64,000 bases of DNA from Octopus vulgaris. Lineage: Eukaryota. Under the pieces are notes generated by a model. The model was not told the DNA's origin. It worked only from the letters and a program-made list of their open reading frames with translations, and did no database searches. The translations under genes were made by a program, and so were the position numbers. Below are positions 54,638-64,000 of this stretch, piece after piece. The stretch spans positions 166,904,001-166,968,000 of the forward strand of contig OX597816.1 of NCBI GenBank assembly GCA_951406725.2. The letters run 5' to 3'. Positions within the stretch are counted from its first letter, which is position 1. Each line of letters starts with the position of its first letter.

Positions 54638-55218
54638 TAAATGTCACTAAATGTAACTAGGGTGTTAGGAAACGCTAGAAATAAAAGCTAAATCACTCTA
54701 ATTCTGTAGTTGATGCACATGAATGAAATCATATACATTAACAGGGACGATAATCATCTGAAAAGTGCTGATCATGAATTCTTAATATCGCCGCATCAGT
54801 TTCAGCAATTTCCATTGCCTCATCAGTTAAGACGGCTCAGCACTTTTCAGGCGATTATGGAACCTGTTAGTGTATATGTTTTCATTCATGTGCATCGACT
54901 ATAACAAGGCGGCAAGCTGGCAGAAACGTTAGCACGCTGAGCGAAATGCTTAGCGGTATTTCATCTGCCATTACATTCTGAGTTCAAATTCCGCCAAGGT
55001 CGACTTTGCCTTTCATCCTTTCGGGGTTGATAAATAAAGTACCAGTTACACATTGAGGTCGATCTGATCGACTTATTCCCTTTGTCTGTCCGTGTTTGTC
55101 TCCTCTGTGTTTAGCCCCTTGTGGGCAATAAAGAAATATATAGCATTAGAGTGATTTAGCTCTTATTTCTAGCAATGTAGGTGTTTCCTAACACCTTAGT
55201 CACATTTAGTGACATTTG
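54638..55218. mobile_element. TA-flanked palindromic element with ~145-bp arms, interrupted by a SINE B at ~54907-55138
   Basis: Left arm 54638-54785 is the reverse complement of 54827-54906 plus 55145-55218 (AAATGTCACTAAATGT, GATGCACATGAATGAAA, CTGAAAAGTGCTGA, TCTTAA); TA at 54636-54637 and 55219-55220. Confidence 0.88.
54780..54832 (-). ncRNA. type I hammerhead ribozyme motif forming the loop of the palindrome
   Basis: Minus: TCTTAA-CTGATGA-GGCAAT GGAA ATTGCT-GAAA-CTGATGCGGCGA-TA-TTAAGA. Core intact; stem II closed by G-U; stem III imperfect. Confidence 0.68.
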
Positions 55219-55264
55219 TAATTCTCCTTTTTGGTGAAACATTGCAAATTGTTGTTTATATTAA

Positions 55265-55815
<551 letters not shown>

Positions 55816-55954
55816 TTATTTATTTATTTGGTGATGCAAAATAGGATCCAAGAACAGGTTTGATGATGGAGAACAGGTTTGGTAAGTGCTGATACACAAA
55901 ACTCTCGGCCCTTAAGTTAGTCTGTTGCTTCTGCTAAATATCTATAACGAATGT

Positions 55955-56003
<49 letters not shown>

Positions 56004-57083
56004 TTTCTGTCTGTGTTTGTCCTGCATCACTGGTTGACAACTGGTGTTGGCGTGTTTACATCCTGGTAATTAAACACTTTGGCAAAACAGACTGATAGGA
56101 TAAGTATCAGGCTTTTAAAAAAAAACAAAAAAAACAAAAAATTAATTATTGGGGGTTCATTCTTTGAATTAAAAATTCTTCACAGTAGAACCCCAACATG
56201 GTCGTAGTCTAATGACTAAAACAAGTCAAAGATAAAAGACTTCCAACACTTCAGAGGAATGGTACAATCAGGTACCAGAAAAGATTCTAAACAAATTTGG
56301 TAAAGCAGAAATTGTAAGGAGTTTTAAGATCCAGACAGACTGAAGAATAGAACATTGCAGTTGATATATCAATATGCATGACAGAAATAATAATAATAAA
56401 TTTTACATTTCCTTTAGAAAAAGAATTAGAAAAGACCTTGAAATATGCTGAATTAGGAATAGAAATATCAAGAATACGGAGATGCCCAGCAGCAAAAGTC
56501 CAAACTGTATAGTTTAGCATTGAATCATTAGTTTTAATTAAAACAAAAATGATCAGACCACCTGGAATGGTTGGAGATCAAGACAGGCATGTAAGTGCTC
56601 TGAGTATCTTCACTTTTTGGAACAACTCATATTTTTAGAAAGCTACTTGCTGTCTAAGGCTTGTCAAGGCCTGTTAGGGCTTGAGATTTAGCATGAAGAA
56701 GTAAAAACAACATCCATACTGTATAAGGAAAAAAGAAAAACGTCAATAAAATAATACAGGCATCAGTTTTAATTTCATGACACATCTTTTGATGCAAAAC
56801 CTTGTTGTCCCTTGACATCTCTGGTTGAAACTTGTAATTTCGAGTCAAGCTGAAGCATAATCCTTTCTGCTGTAGGCACAAAGCCTGAAATTTTGGGGGA
56901 GGGGACTAGTCGATTAACTCGACCCCAGTGTTTCACTGGTACGAAATTTATCGACCTCGAAAGAATGAAAGGCAAAGTTGACTTCAGCGGAATTTGAACT
57001 CAGAATGTAAAGATGATTGAAATGTCACAAAGCATATTGCCTGGCATAGTTTGTCACCTTGATAATAATAATAATAATAATAG

Positions 57084-57131
<48 letters not shown>

Positions 57132-57576
57132 TATTAAAATACGCAAAATACTTTCTACGTAATCTCAAGTTTTAAAACAAACATAATTTTCGTATGGTTT
57201 TTTAGACATACAACACTAAGTACTAGACCAAATATATGGCACCCTAGGCATAACACCAACATGAACTTCCAACTTGTCTCTTGAGGTCTCTGGGTGAGAC
57301 TTGGAGCCAGCTTGTGCAAATGTAAAGCAAAATTCAAACATAGAATAATAATAATAATGATTTCAAATTTTGGCACAGTGCCAGAAAGTTTGGTGGAGAG
57401 GGTAAGTCGATTATATCGACCCCAGTGCTCAACTGGTACTTATTTTATTGACCCCGAAAGGATGAACGGCAAAGTCAACCTCAGCAGAATTTGAACTCAG
57501 AACGTGAAGACTGATGAAATGCAGACAAACGTTTTAGCCAGTGTCCAAACAATTCTAGCAGTTGGCCGTGGACGAA

Positions 57577-58175
57577 TATAAGAAATGGAAGAATGACCAG
57601 GTTGTAAAAGTTTTACACTGGAAACTATGCCAGAAATGGAGATTTGAAGCTGGAAACACATGGTACAATCACCAAGTCGAAAGAGTACTGGAGTTGGAGA
57701 AATGGAAGATTTTGTAGGACTTTCTTATTCAAACAGACAAGAAGTTAGAAAATAATAGACCAGAAATAACAATTATAGATAAGGAAAAGCAAAGTTATTT
57801 ACTTATTGACCCATCATGTCTGTTTGATTCCAGGATTGTAAAGAATGAGGAAGAAAAAATTTTTTAAAATACAATTCCTTAAAATTGGAAATAGGAGGAA
57901 TTTGGAACATGGGAACTGTCAAGGTTGTACCTATGATAATTGGTGCCTTGGGAACAGTAAGCAAAGATATAGACAAATGGCTGGAGGAGATTGGGCTACA
58001 ATACCCTGTAGAGCTCCTACAGAAAGTTTGTCTCTTCAAGACAGTAAGGATTATCAGGAGGTTTCGAAACATTTGAAAGACTGCTGAAAACTTGTGATAC
58101 CTAAGGTTACAGGTAGTAACCCACTACCCACATAAATTCTACCAGGAATAAGACCGAACCTGAGCCAAACCAAAA
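57577..58175 (+). mobile_element. R4/Dong-like LINE 3' fragment (endonuclease region) with (TAA)n tail
   Basis: LHWKLCQKW...WYNHQ...KIL*DFLIQTDKKLENNRPEI...VVPMIIGALGTVSK...LLQKVCL. Confidence 0.85.
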
Positions 58176-58907
58176 TAATAATAATAATGATAATAATAAT
58201 AGATTGTAGAACAAAAAGGTGACAATTGTCCCTGTGGTAATTGGTGCATTTAGCACAACACCCAAAATTCTACCTAAAAGTCTGAAGGTTATTCAAAACG
58301 GAGACACTTTGTTGACCCGCAGAAAAGTGTTACCATGTATTCTACAAGAATCCAAAGATGCAGATCAACAATGTGATTATTATGGTTATTACCATTATAA
58401 TAATCTTAATTATTACAATGAATATACACAAGAATTATTCTATTCATATATTTACACTAATTACTCAAATAAAGGATTCTATTTATAGAATAAACCAAAA
58501 TTCTTGGAAACCTAACTCCCATGACTTCAAGCCCTTTCACCTTCTCTTGAGAAAGGCATGAATACAGTAAAATCTCATTTCACCTCCATCTACATGTGGA
58601 AGCTTTGCTGCTTTTGTAAGAAATTGGTATGTACAAAAATCATAAATTCTTACATTCTGTCATCAATTTTGTAGAAGCATTCATTAAAAGACAAGTATTT
58701 GCAAAATCGTTTTAACTGGTACTTGTGAGAAAAGTATTTTGATTTTTTTTTTAAATAATACAGAATAAATTCCAGTTGGATAGGAACAATTTTTCTTTGT
58801 CTTTGAGATGTCATTTACATAAAATTTTGTTATAGAATATATTTGGTGATGTATGATCAATCTGTATGGTGTGTATATTAAATATAAAAGACAAACAAAG
58901 GAGGAAT

Positions 58908-60916
58908 TTATAAGATTCTTTCCATATAAATGGCAAAATATAATGTGCCTTTCTTATCTGAATATCCAGCAATTAGTTTTGGGAAAAAACTGTCCTTCAA
59001 GTACCCATCGGCAATGATATCTTCAAGCTGTGATATCTCAACATTGTTTTTGAATGTGCCTTGTCTGGAAGGGTCTTTCCTGAAAATGACTGAAAATCTT
59101 GGTCTTTTATACTTGCTGGAAGTGTCCAAGTATGTCATAACACGGTGTGCCTTAGCATTTGAGACAACGGTCTCAGTCAGTTCCTTCAGGGAAATATCTA
59201 TGTATTCTTTGTACTCTTTTACAGGTTTCTTTTCCAAAATGAAACACACTTGTGGTTCTTGATCAATGTGGACAAAACTCTGGACTCTTGGGACATAACC
59301 CTTCTCATTATAAACTTGAGCAAACAATTTGTAACATTGGGAATATTGTCGAATTCCAAATCGAATATCAACAGGTTCCTCTTTCACCGTATCAAATAGT
59401 GCCATATATCTGTTTTTGTCTGTGTGTGCGAAACTGATATAACTCTGTAATAAAGACAGATATACATTTTCCTTGGAATAAAGATGTTTGAAGTGGAGCA
59501 AACCCTTCTCGTCAAGCCCATGCTCCAGATAGAAAGAACTAAGACTTTCATCTGGGTTTATTTTAGAGATAACAGAAAAATAAGATTCTCTATTATACTC
59601 AAAAGCATTTATCCATTCAATTTTGAAGTGTTGGTCTTTAATAGCATTGACATATGCTGAAATATGGTGTTCAGACAACTTGTATTTAATAATTTGCTCG
59701 TTAACTCCTACATGCCCTACCCGAATATCGGCCAAATCATAAGAGAAGTAATTAGCACCATTTTGCGACCAATCTTTGAAATAATTCATGAAGTTTTGAA
59801 CTGGTAATGGTTTATTGTGACCACCAACTAATAGCATAACAAATGTCTCTGAAGACATATATGAGGAATTACCTGGATTCTGAACCGTTTGTAAGAAGTT
59901 CCGGTGGCACAACAGCATACCATCAATTATGCCATCTCCTTCCAGACAAACTCGACCATGTTTGTTCACATTTAGGTTAGCACCAACCCATGAGCCTGAA
60001 GCTTTCATTTTTCTTGGTTTTGCCAAGAGACTTTTGATGGAAGATTTTTTAAGTAATCGATGTGTACCAGTATGATCCAAGCATCGAAAAAAGCGCATAA
60101 TATCATAAACATTGGTATACCAGCCATCAGTGAGAGAGACCACCTCCCTCTCTAGGTGTAGAGAATAAGTTGTATTAAAGTTTCCGACCAAGCTACGTTT
60201 AACCATATTTTTTATCCTGTTTTCTTTCATATGTTTTCCGAATCTTGTATGCCACATTCCACAAGGCTCCAAAATATTTTTCCTTACAAATGTTGGATAA
60301 TCATAATTTTGAACTTTCTCAATAATTTGGTCCAGAATAACATAACCAAGATGAGAATGAACTGATTTTGTTCCTGGTTTAAAATTCAGTGGAATCGACA
60401 TCATGTATCTGAAAATATCCTTCATTTCAGCAGTGTTCTTTAACTGCATGATGGAAGTGATGTTTGGAATGCGATAACCATTCTTTAAGTAAATAGAATT
60501 CAGAACTGGATCAAACATTGGTGGCATAGCTGAATCCCAGCCACCAGCATGCCGAAGAAGGTCATCGACTATAATGTCATACAGCCTGTTGTCAGTTCGA
60601 AAAATGCTCCAAGGTCGTAAGTGATTCAAAATTCCAAACTTACCAAAGACTTTAGCAGTAAGGTTCACTTTACCATTTTCAACAAGTTTAAGAACGGATA
60701 CAGCAGTGAGTAATTTAGAAATATTTGAAGCTGGAAACAAGACTTCTGGTGTCATTTTAACATTGTTCTGTGTACTGCCATAACCATGGGAGTATAAGAG
60801 TTTCCCTTGGCGCATCAAAGCAACAGATGCACCCCGATATTGGAATTGCTTTAAAAATTTCTGGAAAGATTTGTCAAAATTTGCATTGTTCTCAAGACTT
60901 GGTCTTCCGTTGATTC
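58908..60916 (-). CDS. terminal coding exon of a beta-lactamase/PBP-fold protein with five C-terminal BTRD1/polyglycine-hydrolase-like repeats; upstream exon(s) not identified
   Basis: Uninterrupted frame of ~668 codons; acceptor TTTTTTTTTCATTTTCTCCTTAG| at 60917 (phase 1); begins INGRP...FDKSFQKFLKQFQYRGASVALMRQGKLLYSHGYG; family motifs FPASNISKLLTAVSVLKLVENGKV, DDLLRHAGGWD, LNFKPGTKSVHSHLGYVIL, ILEPCGM; stop TAA at 58908-58910. Confidence 0.9.
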
Positions 60917-61211
60917 CTAAGGAGAAAATGAAAAAAAAATAACATTAATTAGAATAACAATATTTTGATTAAATTTTATAAATTAAAAACCTAAAGAAGT
61001 GTTATAAATTCAGAACATGCTAGTTGGAAATATAGTGACTATACATTTACAGGTTTATTGGTATTGTTGAAAACAGTAGATGTACATCCAAAAATGAATA
61101 GCATTAAACACACAACAGATTAGTTCAAAATTATACACACACATACACACATATATATAAGAAATTAAATAAATGACAAGGAAAGAAGGAATTATGTCAT
61201 GAACTTCATTG

Positions 61212-61290
61212 GCTTACAGCTGTTTCTGCTACAAAATGCAATGCACTCACAGTTGAGTGCTTGAGTATCACTCTATAGCTTCACTGGAGC
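61212..61290 (-). ncRNA. degenerate Penelope-type hammerhead relic
   Basis: Minus: GCT-CCAGTGA-AGCTATA...TGTAGCA-GAAA-CAGCTG-TA-AGC; same architecture as 36900-36951 but the core is heavily mutated. Confidence 0.35.
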
Positions 61291-62309
61291 TTTAGACACT
61301 TTGTTCTGAAGCATATGTATATGAGTTCTAACATCAGGTTATTAGTAATCACCATGCCTCAGCAAAATAATATATAATATAAGGAAAATAAAGAGTTCAA
61401 ACACAGAAAAATCAGTTTATTTGCATAATAGTTAATTTCATAACACCTACACACGTTTGAATATCTACATTCATTCATATTTTACAATCAAAAATTGTGT
61501 TATGAATTTAGAAGTCTGTAGTGAACACTACATCTATTAGGATGTAAATGAATATATCAATTTTTACCCTGGAGAGATTTTTACCTTCTAAATTCATAAC
61601 GCAATTTTTAATTGTAAAATATGAATGAAGGTGGATATTGAAACATATGTAGGCATTATGAAATTGACTATTATGTAAATAAATTGATTTTCCTATGTTT
61701 AAACTCTCCATTTTCTTTATATTATATTACTAAAATTCTGTTGTCATATCGAATACATGAAAGTATTTATAAATTAATCGATATAGAAATAAACCAGTGG
61801 ACACTTGGATGTAAGACATTCCTAGAAAGAGTAATTTCTTTCTATACAAAACTTTATAAATATATTTACACACACATACCAATTTTCAGTATCATCTTCA
61901 TCATTTTAAGGTCTATTTTTCCATGCTTGTATGGATTAAACAGATTTTACTGTAGCAGATTTTCTGTGGTCAGATGCATGCCATCCTGTTGCCAATTCGT
62001 ACCTGTTTCCAAGTATGGTAATATTTCCCCTTGCCTCAACACATATTAAGCAAATATTGGAAATGAAAGACACTACTTGTATGACACTGACACTCAGTTA
62101 GAACTATTATGCGATGTCAAGACAAGAGTGGACAAACAACACACACAAACACACACACACACGCACACACACACATGTTTACATGTATGTATGTCTCTTC
62201 TATTTTCTAATTATTATAAATTTTCCACTGAGGAGGGAGCTGGTTTCCAACAAAGATACAAGTCTCCATCTTTGGGATGTAGTTAACACAGACAAATTCA
62301 CATTTGGAA

Positions 62310-62665
62310 CTTGAGAAAAGTCTTGCATATTTTTACTGTTCCCCTCACAGATTACACTTGTAATGTACAAACCAACCGGTTAATTTCTCTTTCTTAAAAT
62401 CCCAGTTTATCCAAATTCTCCTTTAAGCACTTACTAACAAAACCTAGTGCTCCAATTATTATTGATATGAATATGAGTTCATAGTCTGGATATAGAAGCT
62501 GGAGGTTTTGAAGCAGCTGTCCATAGATATCCTCTTTTTCTTTGATTTTCAAAGAGATATTTATATCTGCAGGGCAGCTGACCCCTATGATAGTACATAC
62601 CTTTGCCCCTCTATCCCAAATAACAATATCCAACCTGTTATGTTTACATTTGACAGAGGTTTTGA
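62310..62665 (-). mobile_element. RLE-type non-LTR retrotransposon fragment
   Basis: DIVIWDRGAKVCTIIGVSCPAD...KIKEKEDIYGQL...IIIGALGFVSKCL. Confidence 0.82.
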
Positions 62666-62702
62666 TATATGTATGTATGTAGATGATGGGTTTCTTTCAA
62701 TT

Positions 62703-63270
62703 TCTTATTTCTTTATTGCCCACAAGGGGCTAAACATAGAGGGGACAAACAAAGGGATTAAGTCAATTACATCGACCCCAGTGCGTAACTGGTATTTTAT
62801 TTATTGACCTTGAAAGGATGAAAGGCAAAGTCGACCTCGGCAGAATTTGAACTCAGAACGTAACGGCAGACGAAATGCCTATTTCTTTACTCCCCACAAG
62901 GGGCTAAACACAGAGGGGACAAACAAGGACAGACAAACGGATTAAATCGATTACATCGATCCCAGTGCATAACTGGTACTTATTTAATCAACCCCAAAAG
63001 GATGAAAAGCCAAGTCGACCTCAGTGGAATTTGAACTCAGAATGTAACGGCAGACGAAATACCTATTTCTTTACTAAACACAGAGAGGACAAACAAACGG
63101 ATTAAGTCGATTTTATTGACCCCAGTGTGTAACTGATACTTATTTTATTGACCCTGAAAGGATGAAAGGCAAAGTCGATCTCGGCGCAATTTAAACTCAG
63201 AACATAGCAGCAGAAGAAATACCGCTAAGCATTTCGCCCGGCACGCTAACAATTCTGCCAGCTTGCCGCC
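62703..63270 (-). mobile_element. SINE family B head-to-tail array of three units
   Basis: Single head at ~63215-63270; junctions GACGAAAT(A/G)CCTATTTCTTTAC at ~62870 and ~63053. Confidence 0.87.
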
Positions 63271-63439
63271 TTATATTTTTTTCAATTTCTGTCTACTGGA
63301 TCCACTCACAAGACTTTGGTAGGACTAGAGCTATGGTAGTCCAAGGTGCCAGGTAATGGGATTGAACCCAAAACCATGAAGTTGGAAAGCAAACTTCTTA
63401 AACTAAACAGCTGCTCCTGCGCATATACCTATGTATCTA

Positions 63440-63517
<78 letters not shown>

Positions 63518-64000
63518 TGTGTCTGTGTGTGTGTACTCAATACTTTCCACATCTGAAAATCAACATAACATACTAGTTGAAAATGGTAATTATACACCTA
63601 AAAACTCTCTGCTTCTAAATACATAACACCCAAGCTTAAAATGGTACTTAGACATCTAAAGATGTATTTGTGTTAAGGATTAGTTCTCTACAAAAGAACA
63701 CAGATAAATGGCTTCCTACTGTTTCCACAGATGTAATGTTGACATATAAAAGTGGTGAACCAAGATATTTCACTTTTAAATGTTTTACGGTGAAGCCAGA
63801 AAGTATATTTGCCTAGGTTCAATCAGTGTAAAACTTGTTCCTTAAATAAAAGTATAAGCTAAAGTCTCCGAATGATATAAGTAAACATACACACAAACCC
63901 ACAAACACATACACACTAACAACACACACACACACAGGTGCAGGCAAGGCTGTGTGGTAAGAGGTTTGCTTCCTAACCACATCGTCTCAGGTTCAGACTC

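Noticed and set aside
58930-59437. Plus-strand ORFs overlapping the lactamase exon
   Set aside because: Antisense shadows of the real coding frame.
60816-60818. TTG start given by the ORF track, suggesting a bacterial gene or contaminant
   Set aside because: The frame continues 98 nt upstream to a canonical polypyrimidine-AG acceptor and is flanked by host repeats, so it is a spliced exon.

Overview
AT-rich, microsatellite- and SINE-saturated animal genomic DNA; the repeat repertoire suggests a coleoid cephalopod such as Octopus (inference). Nearly all ORF-track entries are microsatellite or SINE artefacts. Supported genes are a tRNA-Leu(TAA) at 726-808 and a ~2 kb terminal coding exon (minus, 58908-60916) encoding a beta-lactamase/PBP-fold domain followed by five ~50-aa repeats resembling bacterial BTRD1/polyglycine-hydrolase repeats; all three catalytic motifs appear substituted (candidate pseudoenzyme). 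The rest is three tRNA-derived SINE families, RTE, R4/Dong-like and CRE-like LINE fragments, three Tc1/mariner relics (one with DD36E spacing), non-autonomous Helitrons, a Helentron-type HINE and several long foldbacks. The most unexpected signal is a set of hammerhead ribozyme motifs: an intact-looking type I hammerhead at ~5502-5582, a hammerhead forming the loop of a ~345-bp TA-flanked palindrome (54638-55218), and several degenerate Penelope-type minimal hammerheads. All calls were made by eye without database searches; repeat boundaries are approximate unless TIRs or TSDs are quoted.
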